From a virus (lineage: Duplodnaviria; Heunggongvirae; Uroviricota; Caudoviricetes), in IMG/VR virus record IMGVR_UViG_2645727901_000008: a DNA stretch of 64,000 bases, one strand, 5' to 3'. The translations under genes were made by a program, and so were the position numbers. The notes under the pieces were generated by a model. The model saw nothing but the letters and a program-made list of their open reading frames with translations. It had not been told where the DNA came from and did not search any database. The stretch's first letter is position 1, and each line of letters begins with the position of its first letter. Positions 10,542 through 20,599 of this stretch are shown here, piece after piece.

Positions 10542-10630
10542 AATTGCGCTACCTTCCCTACCCGCTATCGTTGAGGGCGTGGGTGCTGACGGGAAATGAG
10601 CAACCCTCCAGCACACATAATTAAAGCGCT

Positions 10631-11338
10631 TCAGAATTTAATCACTCCACTCACAGCTCCCTTTAACGCACTTGTAGCCATGCCTGCGGCACCGTTGACC
10701 AAAGCAGAAACACCTGAGCCTGCGGATGTGTATTTCTGGAAAGTGATTGGGTATGACAAGAACTCTGACACCTGATCACGTGAGCGAGTGATTTCCCCAA
10801 GTTGTGTAGGAAATACGCGCATTTCTTCTTCCAGTTCTTTTCCGCCGTCCTGAGTCACCCGGTAGACACGGATTTTCATCAGATATTCAGGAGGAAGGTT
10901 TATTGTTCCATCAGGGTTTGTTACACGAGAACGACGCTCTTTGAACCAGTCCATGATCTTGCCATCTTCGGTATCCCTCACGGTCATAGTGACCGGTCCG
11001 GCGCTAACATAGGTTGGCTTGCTGAATTCTACGCTGCCGATCACCTTGCTTTCTGTCTCAATGTTTCCACTGCTGTAGGTGATATCCTTCACGAACATAT
11101 CGAAGCCGTTCAGGCCATCCACTTCAACGGTCCACTGCCACCCCTGGGCGTAACGGATACGCATAGCGGCAGCAACAATATTTTTCCCGTAGGCAATATC
11201 GCTACTGTAATTCCCGCTTACCCCGCCGCCTGATATGGCTTTATCAAGAATGTCGCTAATGAGGTTGCTGGTGAATGATTTCGTGTTAAATGACAATGCG
11301 GTGGTCAACGTTCTACCAACGCTGCTGAAAATACTCAC
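10631..11338 (-). CDS. Hypothetical virion structural protein
   Basis: 235-aa ORF in a co-directional structural block. Confidence 0.45.
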   Translation of the reverse strand: MSIFSSVGRTLTTALSFNTKSFTSNLISDILDKAISGGGVSGNYSSDIAYGKNIVAAAMRIRYAQGWQWTVEVDGLNGFDMFVKDITYSSGNIETESKVIGSVEFSKPTYVSAGPVTMTVRDTEDGKIMDWFKERRSRVTNPDGTINLPPEYLMKIRVYRVTQDGGKELEEEMRVFPTQLGEITRSRDQVSEFLSYPITFQKYTSAGSGVSALVNGAAGMATSALKGAVSGVIKF

Positions 11339-11353
11339 TCTGCGCCTCCAGCG

Positions 11354-11944
11354 TTAAAAAATGGTAGCCCCCGGAATAATGGCCCGGTTTGAGGACATTT
11401 TTTCCTCTATCTCCTGCACTCGGGCATATAGCGTGGCTTCATCGGGCAGATCGGAGTAGTCAAATTTCCCGTCGATGGACGCTCTACGCTGCCGGGCGAC
11501 ATTTCTGACATTGATAAGCGCCTCCAGATATTCCTCCAGCATTCCAATGATTGCAGGAGGCACTTGCCATTCATCCAGCTTTCTGTCGCGTAGATTAACC
11601 AGATAGAGCATCCGAAAAGGCCAGCGTTCTGAACCTGTTAGCTCTAATTCAATAAAGCCGGATAATTCATCCGAATAGACCAACAGGCCATTGTTGTCGG
11701 TAACATGAACCAGAGAGAGATAATCTTCTGGCAATGGAATTGCAGTACCACCAGCTTTTTCAAGTTTTAACGTTTTCACTACCCCTGCCCTGTCCTGATA
11801 CGTGGTCAGAGCTTTGATCAGGAAGGCTTTCAGCGTTTCTTCTTCACGCACAAGCAGTGGATTAAATCGTGCTTTAACGCTTTCTAATAATTCGGTTGGT
11901 GTCATCGTGCCTACAACTCCAAAACAAAGATGTTCCCGCCACAA
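11354..11944 (-). CDS. Hypothetical virion/assembly protein
   Basis: 196-aa ORF in the structural block. Confidence 0.45.
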   Translation of the reverse strand: MWREHLCFGVVGTMTPTELLESVKARFNPLLVREEETLKAFLIKALTTYQDRAGVVKTLKLEKAGGTAIPLPEDYLSLVHVTDNNGLLVYSDELSGFIELELTGSERWPFRMLYLVNLRDRKLDEWQVPPAIIGMLEEYLEALINVRNVARQRRASIDGKFDYSDLPDEATLYARVQEIEEKMSSNRAIIPGATIF

Positions 11945-11959
11945 GGGCGGGAGCGGGGA

Positions 11960-12451
11960 TTATTCTGCCCAGTTGTAAACAATACGCAGAGAAGGTTTAA
12001 CAACAGCCGTTACGTCTTCGGAAGAGAAGTCCACGGCGTCGGAATACACTTTGCAGTGAGAATATGTGCGGATCAGACCTTTATGGTTACCGCTATTCGA
12101 TTCAGCCGCCGCCTGTAAGGTAATTTCCAGATATTCTTTTCCGTATACCATCTGTTTTACAGCGGCGAGAACTGCGCCTTCGATAGTTTCCGCGCATGTG
12201 ACCTGAAATTCACCAGAGTTGCGTAATGGTCCGTGCTGGTTGAATTTCATGCCACCAGGGGCGTAATCCTCCACATCTTCACGTGTCATTTCTGGTAACT
12301 GAGCTGTACGAACTAGTACAGACAGATGTTCGTAACCCTTAATGGTCATCCAATATTCAGAACCAATAAGTTTTTCGCCTGCAGCCAGGTTTTTATTAAA
12401 CCGGGATTTTAGAAAGGCCATATCGGCTTTTGTATTTGCAAAACCGGACAT
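11960..12451 (-). CDS. Putative tail tube protein
   Basis: 163-aa ORF two genes downstream of the putative sheath gene; assignment from size and position only. Confidence 0.4.
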   Translation of the reverse strand: MSGFANTKADMAFLKSRFNKNLAAGEKLIGSEYWMTIKGYEHLSVLVRTAQLPEMTREDVEDYAPGGMKFNQHGPLRNSGEFQVTCAETIEGAVLAAVKQMVYGKEYLEITLQAAAESNSGNHKGLIRTYSHCKVYSDAVDFSSEDVTAVVKPSLRIVYNWAE

Positions 12452-12459
12452 AAATACTC

Positions 12460-13050
12460 CTACACAAAAACAGATGAGATATTGCTACGGTTGATCGATG
12501 TGTTACCGCTGCATTGCAGGGTTACCGTGTTATGAGTGAAATAGCCTTCCGGTGTGCGCGGGGCGTCCAGTTGGTAACTCACGCTTTTGATAACAACGTC
12601 GGTAAGGGCTATGTTCCTACCTATGTTTAACGTTACTGTCTCCGGGCGACGACCGAATGGCGCTACATTGTTCAGTTCCGGCGATTCCATCTTCAGCAAT
12701 GCTGTAATGGCTGCGTTCACTTCAAGTTGCGCATTCACTGTCGCCATGAAATCAATTACCAGATTAAATTCAGGCGGTTGCTGACCTTCCCAAACAAGCA
12801 TTGAGTTGAAGAGGGTTTTTGTTGTTACGCCGGTTGCGGTCTGAAGCGTATCTGCAAGAGAGCCAGCCGCAGCGCTAATACCGCCAAGCAAACCTCCTAC
12901 TGACTGGTTTTCAAATGGTGATTGCCACATTGATGACAGTTCTGCGGTAGATCCTTCACCGATATAACCGACGACCATATCCTCTGAAGAGAGGATATAA
13001 ACCTTCATTAACGGACTTATTCCGTCAGGCATTATCGCGCCGCAAATCAA
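12460..13050 (-). CDS. Hypothetical tail protein
   Basis: 196-aa ORF in the tail block. Confidence 0.45.
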   Translation of the reverse strand: MICGAIMPDGISPLMKVYILSSEDMVVGYIGEGSTAELSSMWQSPFENQSVGGLLGGISAAAGSLADTLQTATGVTTKTLFNSMLVWEGQQPPEFNLVIDFMATVNAQLEVNAAITALLKMESPELNNVAPFGRRPETVTLNIGRNIALTDVVIKSVSYQLDAPRTPEGYFTHNTVTLQCSGNTSINRSNISSVFV

Positions 13051-13099
13051 ACGCTATTTCTCCCAGGTAGAGGCCACCTTTGCAGGCGGCCTGTGTCAC

Positions 13100-13840
13100 T
13101 TACAAACCGCGTTTTTTGCGAATGCGCATTGATTTTTTGCGGTTAATATTCGCTACGGATGTATGTGCTTTGCGGCGTGCTTTTTTCAGCGCCTGTTTTT
13201 GCAATGACGTCATGCGGCGAGGACGCGGGCGTTTACGGATGATGGTAACCTTGCCATCACGAACCACTTTTTTACGTACCGCTTCCAGCATTGCGCTATC
13301 ACCACCAGCAACGGTGTAAATGGCAATAGCTGTTTCCATCATGTCGGTGTCGCTTTCGGAAAGAGCGTCATAAACACGTTCGGCAGCTGAGTCATCTTCA
13401 TCGTCGATCATTTCGGTTACATCGTCCTGATCAGCGCCAAGCGCAACAGCTGCATCAGCAAGAGCTGCGAGAGCATCGTTATAAGCATCGATTTGCTCAT
13501 CGGTGAAATCGGTGTCTTCATCGATATCAGCCAGGCCAGCCATAGTGATTGCTAATGCATCAAATGAGTCAGCCTCCGGATCACCATCTTCAACCCAACC
13601 AGCAAGCATGGAAGCTGCCAGGCTACGCATATCACCTTGTGCACGGGATTCAACCGCTTCCATCATCGCGGTTTCAATGTCGTCTTTGGGCTTTGGTTGA
13701 GTGTCCTTTCCTTTCTGTCCTGCGCTTTCCAGCATGGCGTTATCATTATTGTCCTGCGTGGATTTATCACCGCTTTCAAAGCAGCCAGAACCGAAAATCG
13801 CACGCATAAAAGGATCAGCAGTATAATTTTTCATATTCAA
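13100..13840 (-). CDS. Acidic protein with basic C-terminal tail (assembly or internal protein?)
   Basis: 246-aa ORF, Asp/Glu-rich centre, Arg/Lys-rich C-terminus. Confidence 0.45.
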   Translation of the reverse strand: MNMKNYTADPFMRAIFGSGCFESGDKSTQDNNDNAMLESAGQKGKDTQPKPKDDIETAMMEAVESRAQGDMRSLAASMLAGWVEDGDPEADSFDALAITMAGLADIDEDTDFTDEQIDAYNDALAALADAAVALGADQDDVTEMIDDEDDSAAERVYDALSESDTDMMETAIAIYTVAGGDSAMLEAVRKKVVRDGKVTIIRKRPRPRRMTSLQKQALKKARRKAHTSVANINRKKSMRIRKKRGL

Positions 13841-13879
13841 ACCTCTCTCCCCCGCATCATTTAGCGGGGGGGTTATAAA

Positions 13880-15538
13880 TCAGCGCATCAGAATTGGCTT
13901 ACCGACGATTCGGCGAGCTGTACCGGTCGGACAAACAGACCAGGACACTTCCCACAGATCGATGTCCTTTTGGACAACCTGAACAACATATGGATCTTCG
14001 CCCTGGGACTTGTCACGTGGAGTAACCAGCGCACCGGCTGCAACGTAACGGTCAAGCAATTCAGTCATTGCTTTCATTAGCGTTTCTTTAGTAATGCCAT
14101 CTGGTTCATGCTTAATTGTCTGAGCAACTTCATAGAAATTGCGGGCAATAGCATTCATCAGAGACGAAACGTGCTGGAATCGCAGGTAGTTGTTTTTACT
14201 GAAAGTAGTTAAAGAGTCGTCGATGTAGACAGAACCATCAGCAGCAACAGAAACTGGATTAATGCGCGCAAGAACGAACGCTTCACGATCAACTGCACCG
14301 ATATTTGGAATTCGGGCAATGTTCTGTCGATCAATAATCGCGCGTGATATACCTGCCGGTGCGTAATGCCAACCACCAACATCCGGTACCAGCGCCACTC
14401 CTTTTGCCTTCGCTACGAATGCGTCGCAGCTAATGCCATAGACGACATTCATTCCAGTGAAAGTATCTCGGCAGGAGAGTGGGAAGTAGTAACGGCTTGG
14501 TTGATGTGAGCCGCCAAAACTATGGCTTTTCGCTTCTGAAATAGCGTTTTCAGGTGTCTGGTTGCCCTTCAGGTCATAGAACATGTCTACGCGAACATCT
14601 TCAGCCAGCTTTTTGATTGCGGCTAAGGCGGATGCGTCATAACAGCCAAGTGACAGCAATGCGGTGTAATTAACCTCTGAAGCTTCGAGAACCTTTAATG
14701 CTTCCAGATAGTCTGCAGCGTTAATTTCGGACAGATTTCCATCAGTACCACCTTCAAAAGCTACATCCTCAAAAATGAGTTGAGCAGCGGATGCTTCTGC
14801 ATTATCTGCCAGTACGGCACCAATGCGAGAGGACTGGCTTTCAAGCAGTGTCGGAATCCATGCTGGTTGGCCCATGTCGTTGGTGCCTTCTGGATTGAAA
14901 GACACTTGGTGACTTTCCAGCACCTCAATGGACCCATCGGTTTGTTTTTCTTTCAGCGTCAGCGTAAAGAGTTCGCTTTCTTCATCATCGCGAGTTAGTG
15001 ATAACGTGCGATTTTGAGATGCATCACCATCTTTGATGAAGAATAATGCCTTCTCTCCACTTTTAATCTGGGGCGTCTCTTTGGGTGTGAAGGTCACTGA
15101 TTGAGTCGTTGCAGTTGAAGCAACACCAACGCTTAATGTGTCACCTGGATTTACTGTGGTTTCAGTAGGTTCAACGGAAAGTTCTTTGCTCGCCTTTGCC
15201 GCTTTTGCTTTGCCCACAACGGAAACAGAAATACCCGGCACCTTCATGTCTTTAGCGCAAACTCGAACGACATATCCAGAGCCGCCTTTTACTGCACGCT
15301 CCACGTGGCGATATGGTTCAAATGCCGCGCCCTGGCGAGGGTGAATCGGTGAACCTAATACGCTTTGATAAGTCGTATCGTCAACTTTCAGTACCTTACC
15401 CGGTGCGCCACGACGCGATATTACAAGCCCAGCAAAGACGGATGCGCCACCGCTGGTATTGGTGAGGGTAGCGTCAGCATTTACTGACATTACAGCAACG
15501 CCAGCTGCCTGCCCTACCGAAAAACTAATCTTATTCAT
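13880..15538 (-). CDS. Putative contractile tail sheath protein
   Basis: 552-aa ORF in the tail block; size and position only. Confidence 0.5.
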   Translation of the reverse strand: MNKISFSVGQAAGVAVMSVNADATLTNTSGGASVFAGLVISRRGAPGKVLKVDDTTYQSVLGSPIHPRQGAAFEPYRHVERAVKGGSGYVVRVCAKDMKVPGISVSVVGKAKAAKASKELSVEPTETTVNPGDTLSVGVASTATTQSVTFTPKETPQIKSGEKALFFIKDGDASQNRTLSLTRDDEESELFTLTLKEKQTDGSIEVLESHQVSFNPEGTNDMGQPAWIPTLLESQSSRIGAVLADNAEASAAQLIFEDVAFEGGTDGNLSEINAADYLEALKVLEASEVNYTALLSLGCYDASALAAIKKLAEDVRVDMFYDLKGNQTPENAISEAKSHSFGGSHQPSRYYFPLSCRDTFTGMNVVYGISCDAFVAKAKGVALVPDVGGWHYAPAGISRAIIDRQNIARIPNIGAVDREAFVLARINPVSVAADGSVYIDDSLTTFSKNNYLRFQHVSSLMNAIARNFYEVAQTIKHEPDGITKETLMKAMTELLDRYVAAGALVTPRDKSQGEDPYVVQVVQKDIDLWEVSWSVCPTGTARRIVGKPILMR

Positions 15539-15605
15539 GCTGGTTCTTATCCTCTAAAGCGAGAGAACGAGGCAAGGCTACCCACGGTTAATGGGCAGCC
15601 TCTGA

Positions 15606-15884
15606 TCAGGATTGGCTTACCGTGAAGTTATCGCCTACGGTTACTTCTTTCGTAGTTGGTTCAACACTGACGGTGCTTACGCTTTTATGTGCCTCCCTAA
15701 CAGTGACTGTGCACTGTGCGGTTTTATTGCCGTCATTTGTTTTGATTGTCAGCACTGCCTGCCCGGCCTTAAGAGCGGTACATGTAGTGCCATCAACCCG
15801 GACAATATCAGGGTGATCTGACTCAACAGTGAAAGATTTGTCTGTTGCGTCAGATGGCGTGATAGTTACTTGAATGTTTGCCAT
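15606..15884 (-). CDS. Ig-like domain protein (possible capsid decoration)
   Basis: 92-aa Thr/Val-rich beta-strand-type sequence immediately downstream of the putative capsid gene. Confidence 0.45.
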   Translation of the reverse strand: MANIQVTITPSDATDKSFTVESDHPDIVRVDGTTCTALKAGQAVLTIKTNDGNKTAQCTVTVREAHKSVSTVSVEPTTKEVTVGDNFTVSQS

Positions 15885-16030
15885 TTTTTCTCCTGAACGC
15901 CCCTTAATCAGGGGCGTGTTTTTGCCTTACTTCTGCTTTGTTTTTTTCTGTGCCTTTGAAGTGTTCGCGGCGATAGTTTCACCTTCATCTACGTCAAGTG
16001 ACGTTGGTGATACCGACACGTTCGCCACCA

Positions 16031-17728
16031 TCACTTTTTTTCGTTAACCTTGCCTGTCAGCATGTCGATAGCACCTTCTTTGGCACGAGTCAGACGCAGG
16101 CGGGTGAAGTAGTTTTCACCGTTGCGAGGATGTACTTCGTTGATGGCACTGCCCCAGAGAGTGGTACGGTTAACGAGAGACGGATTGGTTTCGTGAACGT
16201 AAGGGATTGCTGGGACTGCATCACCAGCAATCAGACCGGCTTTACCAATGCCTTCGCCACGCCCATAGAAGAAGATGTCATCCAGCCCGAAGTCATATCC
16301 CTGTGCCTGGAATTGCTCACAGACAGGTTGCGGCACTTCGTAAATACGAATCGTGCCAAACAGGGTGCCGATGTACTGTACATACGGCGACTGAACGTAA
16401 CCTGGTGCGATCTGGAAGTGCTGTGGAGGCAGAGAGCGCAGGAAGTTCGCGGCGTCACCACCAGCAAAGCCGCCACGAATACCCGTTGTCAGGGTACGAT
16501 TTGCCATTTCTTGAGACAGAGCGTTTACTACGTGACGCAGGAGGCCGACCCAGGACTCATAGTTTTGAGCTTCCGGCAGAGCCACATCAAATTCACGACC
16601 ATAAACGGTATGGAATACCAGGGTGCGCAGACGCATGATGTCGGTTTCATGGGAGATCCAGTTACGCATCGCGGAGAACTGAAGTGCCGCTAATTCAAGG
16701 CCGTGCTCACGGCTTAAATCGGATGCGGACATTACCGTGTGTTCGGAAGCAATTACGTACTGGGACGGACGAACTTCGTACTTACGCATAGCCTGGTTGA
16801 TCACCGGAATCAGGCTTGGATTGCGCTCGATGTTAATTTCGACCTGAACAGCAATTTCAGTCCCTTCTGCTGGCGCTTGAGTGAAGGTAATGTCGATGAC
16901 ACCAGTGTCATAGGCAACTTTGGCAGTCGCTGAGAAAGCATTACCTTTGCTGTCTTTAGCATTGAAATAAAGGTTGCCATCGCCGTCGTCAACTTTGGAC
17001 GGTTTGCGGTTGATCAGCAGTTTGTTATAACCAGCGCGAAGCGGGCAGGATTGTCCCTCAAAATTTTGGATGTCGAACTGGAAGGTTTTGGTGCTGCCAT
17101 CCCCTTTAGTGGAAAGGGTATACAGGCGCTTCATTTGAGAATAAACACCAGCTGACTGCATATTCAGTTCGTCACCTTGTTTGAAGGTGCCGAATTTTGT
17201 GCCTGCTACGTTGACCAGTTCATAAATATTTGACTCGTCACGATCACAAGGAACAAAAGTACAGGCATCACTGGTAGCAGCGCCCAGAGAGGCAGGCAGA
17301 ATTAGAGCAGCATATTGAGCAACTTTCATTACGCCGTCAGAGCTACGCATTGATTGCGCGACAGACTCAAACATTGCCTTACCCGTGCCTTCATGGGTAT
17401 CACTGGCACATTCAGTCATCAGGCGTTCAAGAGCCATGTGTGCGTTCGCCAGGATGTCACTTGCCGGGTAATGACCATGTTGACGTTTATACTCATGCAG
17501 AGACATAGCCCACCCACCAGTGATCTGACGAGCGACCTCTGGATTTACGCCTTCAAACATAGGCACTTTCTGGATTGCTTTATCCAGGTTTTCCATCATT
17601 ACTGCCTGGTCAGCAATCATGTTGCCTGCTGCATCGGTGGTCGGATCGACGGTCATAGCCATGACGCTTGCCGCCCGATTCATAATCTCGCGCTCGCGAT
17701 CACGAGCTGGCTGAATGTTTTTATTCAC
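16031..17728 (-). CDS. Putative major capsid protein
   Basis: 565-aa ORF; size and position only. Confidence 0.45.
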   Translation of the reverse strand: MNKNIQPARDREREIMNRAASVMAMTVDPTTDAAGNMIADQAVMMENLDKAIQKVPMFEGVNPEVARQITGGWAMSLHEYKRQHGHYPASDILANAHMALERLMTECASDTHEGTGKAMFESVAQSMRSSDGVMKVAQYAALILPASLGAATSDACTFVPCDRDESNIYELVNVAGTKFGTFKQGDELNMQSAGVYSQMKRLYTLSTKGDGSTKTFQFDIQNFEGQSCPLRAGYNKLLINRKPSKVDDGDGNLYFNAKDSKGNAFSATAKVAYDTGVIDITFTQAPAEGTEIAVQVEINIERNPSLIPVINQAMRKYEVRPSQYVIASEHTVMSASDLSREHGLELAALQFSAMRNWISHETDIMRLRTLVFHTVYGREFDVALPEAQNYESWVGLLRHVVNALSQEMANRTLTTGIRGGFAGGDAANFLRSLPPQHFQIAPGYVQSPYVQYIGTLFGTIRIYEVPQPVCEQFQAQGYDFGLDDIFFYGRGEGIGKAGLIAGDAVPAIPYVHETNPSLVNRTTLWGSAINEVHPRNGENYFTRLRLTRAKEGAIDMLTGKVNEKK

Positions 17729-17854
17729 GGTTAAGCCCTAAATTCGGGCGCGGCGTGAAGGTTCTTTTGACGGGCTAACAATACCTACTTTGTGATTTAG
17801 TCAATAGGTTTAGTAAAATAAAATCTATTAACACTCATGTTGTTATGTGGTTTA

Positions 17855-17875
17855 ATTTTAGTTTTCTAACACAAA
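17855..17875 (+). promoter_or_regulatory. Operator-like motif (attttagTTTTCTAACAcaaa)
   Basis: Member of a motif family recurring in intergenic regions; lies 12 bp upstream of the ATG at 17887. Confidence 0.45.
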
Positions 17876-17886
17876 TCATTAGAGTT

Positions 17887-18279
17887 ATGGCGTATCGAAT
17901 CTTTGTTTCGTATAAAAATGGCGCTAAGAGCCACTCTCTGAACACAACAAGTCGCTTTCTTGTTGAGGCGCAGTTGGCATCAATTCTTGCCGAAAGTGAG
18001 ATACTCTCGCTCGCTGAACGGATCGTTATCCAGTTTTCTGGTAGAGATATACTCAATGTCCCCGCCCTCACCCCGGCCTCCGAAGTTATGGAATCAATTA
18101 AATGGCCTGTATGCGGATGTCCTGCCAGGGTTGAAGAGCCGGTAACAGCAACGCTCTACATGCCGAAAGCAGTAAGAGATTGGCTTGCTATGGTTGGTAA
18201 TGGGAAAGTCAGTGCTGGACTTCGCAAGTTAATTGAAATGGCAGATATTCCTGAGTTAAAAAACGCATGGCGACAATGA
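17887..18279 (+). CDS. Hypothetical protein
   Basis: ATG at 17887 (track starts at an upstream alternative start); 131 aa. Confidence 0.5.
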   Translation: MAYRIFVSYKNGAKSHSLNTTSRFLVEAQLASILAESEILSLAERIVIQFSGRDILNVPALTPASEVMESIKWPVCGCPARVEEPVTATLYMPKAVRDWLAMVGNGKVSAGLRKLIEMADIPELKNAWRQ

Positions 18280-18295
18280 GTAAACAAGGGACAAA

Positions 18296-18754
18296 ATGAG
18301 CCACGTTAACCCATCAAAAACACAATATCGCTTAATGCTGGCGATCGCGTCAGCTATACCAACCAGCCTGAATCCCCCGGCAGGCTATCCCGCTGTTGTT
18401 GATGATTGTTTTCAGTATTACGGAGAAGACATCCTGAGCCAGTCCAAAGCGCTCAAGCAGTTATGTAAGGCAGGTATTCTTCACTGTATCGGAGATCCGG
18501 ACGATTTTGTTGTTATGCTGGCGGATCGTGACTCTTTTCTACTGTCCTGGAAAGCCGGTGCGCGCGAAGCACGTTTGGGGAATGGTATTGGTTACATAGA
18601 CTATAGTGATTGTCCGCTGGCATTTGCTGGTGGATATATGCATTGGCATGAGCGAAATAGAGGCCGTCAGCGTCAGTATCGCTTGAGTGACTTTAACGTC
18701 TGTCACGGTTTCGAAGAAGCTGACAGCCAGGACATCTGGCTTCAGGAGCCTTGA
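18296..18754 (+). CDS. Hypothetical protein
   Basis: 152-aa ORF with RBS. Confidence 0.5.
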   Translation: MSHVNPSKTQYRLMLAIASAIPTSLNPPAGYPAVVDDCFQYYGEDILSQSKALKQLCKAGILHCIGDPDDFVVMLADRDSFLLSWKAGAREARLGNGIGYIDYSDCPLAFAGGYMHWHERNRGRQRQYRLSDFNVCHGFEEADSQDIWLQEP

Positions 18755-19074
18755 TCCCCCTTCCCTTCCCAAATCTCCCTGTTTCTTTGGTTATTCAGTG
18801 CGTTTCGTTGGTTGCATTCGTCGATCGTGCTGAATAACTGTTCAGCGTATGTCGGATACTTGTTTAACAGCACTGGCGTGTCCTCTGGCACTAAACAAGG
18901 GGAGTAATCAATCAGATTTGCCTGCGGCTTGCTGGTGGCTTCTACGGTAATTTTCACTGGCACGCTGGTTGATGGCTTTTGCCCGTTCCCGCTGCATCCT
19001 GATAACGTCATCAGGCACACGCACATCGTTAATCCCAGCACGGCGTAACGCATTTTCAAGGCGAGTGATTTCAT
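18742..19074 (-). CDS. Putative o-spanin (Rz1-like outer-membrane lipoprotein)
   Basis: N-terminal signal peptide with lipobox-like LSGC; ORF overlaps the 3' end of the i-spanin candidate in another frame. Confidence 0.5.
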   Translation of the reverse strand: MKSLALKMRYAVLGLTMCVCLMTLSGCSGNGQKPSTSVPVKITVEATSKPQANLIDYSPCLVPEDTPVLLNKYPTYAEQLFSTIDECNQRNALNNQRNREIWEGKGDQGS

Positions 19075-19381
19075 TCTGGCTTTCCTCTCGTTGTTTGATT
19101 AGGTTGGCATTCAGTTCTGCTGTTTTGCGCTGGTACTCCTTTTCCAGTGCTTTAATTCTTTCGTTTTCGGTCAGCATGGCTGAGCGAGCGTTCTCACTTA
19201 ACTGTAATGCGGTAGAAAGCGTGTTGTTCGTGCTTTCCAGTTGTGATTTTGAGTCTTCAAGCGATCGGACATACCTGATGTGTTCGATAACTGCCGTCGT
19301 TGTTCGGTAAATTCCAGAAATGGCTAAAAGCGCAATTACAATCAAAATTATCTTTTTCAAAACCATCCTCTCCAGGTTCAT
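18908..19381 (-). CDS. Putative i-spanin (Rz-like)
   Basis: N-terminal TM helix (KKIILIVIALLAISGIY) followed by a long charged coiled-coil region. Confidence 0.55.
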   Translation of the reverse strand: MNLERMVLKKIILIVIALLAISGIYRTTTAVIEHIRYVRSLEDSKSQLESTNNTLSTALQLSENARSAMLTENERIKALEKEYQRKTAELNANLIKQREESQNEITRLENALRRAGINDVRVPDDVIRMQRERAKAINQRASENYRRSHQQAAGKSD

Positions 19382-19436
19382 TTTTGGTGTTAAACATGTA
19401 CCAATTTACATCCTTTTGTGTGCCTAAGTGGTGTTT

Positions 19437-20243
19437 CTATGGTTCCTTTTTGGTGTTCTTTTGGAGCGCATCGATAACGCCTTGTGGCATGATTAAACTG
19501 ATTGCCGGACTCATTACTGCATCATCCAGTAGAGAACCAGTTAACGTGATGGCGACAGCGTTCTCTAAACCTCTGGTTGCCTGAGTGGTTGACGTTTTAA
19601 TGCGACCTGTAAGGGCTACGACACCCTCACTTGCTGAGTTAATTTCGGAGAGTAAAACTTCGGCGGCTGTCACTGCTTCCCGTAAAGCATCAATTTCATC
19701 CTGAGTAATGACTGGAGCCTGAGCGCCCCCAGCACCACCCTGTCCACCATTGCTTTCACCACCACCAGCACTTCCGGTAGCTTCAATTTTTGCGTTAATG
19801 GCGTTCATGGCGGTTTTCAGAGCATCAAGTTTTAGCGCCGTCAATGCGTCCGTCAGAGATTGCGGAATGGAAACATTCCCCATTCCCTCAACAAGGGCGA
19901 AAGCAGGTATGGGGGTCAGCTCGTTACCTTTTGCGTAGCATTCCCAGCCAATCTTCATCTGTAACAGCTCTGATGGTTTGGTGTATGGGGAAAGAGAATC
20001 AGCCAGTAATGAAGACGCTTTGCTGGCCTCATTGAGCTGTTCAGAAAAGCCAAGCAATTGAGTAGTCCAGGCCGAAACAGAATCAGGATAGGTTTTATCG
20101 GCGTGAACTATTCCCTGTATGGCGCTGGCGAGCGATGAGGCTTTTACAGAAGCTGCCCGGCTTATGGTTATAGATTCTGGTGTAGAGATACCGGCATCTG
20201 ACAGAATTTTGAAGGCTTTAACTTCACCTATTGAATCAAGCAT
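19437..20243 (-). CDS. Hypothetical protein coupled to the PAAR-like gene
   Basis: Probable start MLDSIGEVKAF at 20243, overlapping the PAAR stop (TAATG); Gly-rich linker GGGESNGGQGGAGGAQ. Confidence 0.5.
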   Translation of the reverse strand: MLDSIGEVKAFKILSDAGISTPESITISRAASVKASSLASAIQGIVHADKTYPDSVSAWTTQLLGFSEQLNEASKASSLLADSLSPYTKPSELLQMKIGWECYAKGNELTPIPAFALVEGMGNVSIPQSLTDALTALKLDALKTAMNAINAKIEATGSAGGGESNGGQGGAGGAQAPVITQDEIDALREAVTAAEVLLSEINSASEGVVALTGRIKTSTTQATRGLENAVAITLTGSLLDDAVMSPAISLIMPQGVIDALQKNTKKEP

Positions 20244-20527
20244 TATGCAACCTGAAAAATATCCTCGCCGTTGGCGATAACAGAACCACAAGAAAGCGGA
20301 TCGCCTACACAGACAACTCCCTTTCCACCTATCGAAAACCATACTCGCGTCGATACAGCTGCCCCTGGATGTGCACTGTTACCGTCAGTGTGACTGGGAA
20401 ACATGGCACCATCTACAACAACTGGCTTACCGTTAACGGTGAACCAGGGAACGGTTTCAGCTACCAGTCGCGGCGGAAATCCTCCGTGACCAGAACAAAG
20501 GGTGTCGCTGGTGGCTATTGCGCTCAT
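20243..20527 (-). CDS. PAAR-like spike-tip protein
   Basis: 94 aa with three PAAR-like elements (CSGHGG, NGKPVVVDG...H, GGKGVVCVGDPLSCGS). Confidence 0.55.
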   Translation of the reverse strand: MSAIATSDTLCSGHGGFPPRLVAETVPWFTVNGKPVVVDGAMFPSHTDGNSAHPGAAVSTRVWFSIGGKGVVCVGDPLSCGSVIANGEDIFQVA

Positions 20528-20599
20528 TCTTCACCTCCTGGTTATCCTCCTATTGTCATCACTTTGTTATTTCGTCATTCAAACGGAGAGTTAAATTTC

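Noticed and set aside
13549-13864. Plus-strand ORFs 13549..13809 and 13637..13864 overlapping 13100..13840
   Set aside because: Antisense shadow ORFs within an acidic-protein gene; translations are His/Pro/Trp-rich and implausible.
16207-16638. Plus-strand ORFs 15998..16693 and 16207..16638 overlapping the capsid-like gene
   Set aside because: Antisense to a 565-aa ORF in a co-directional structural operon; Arg/His-rich translations typical of out-of-frame reading.
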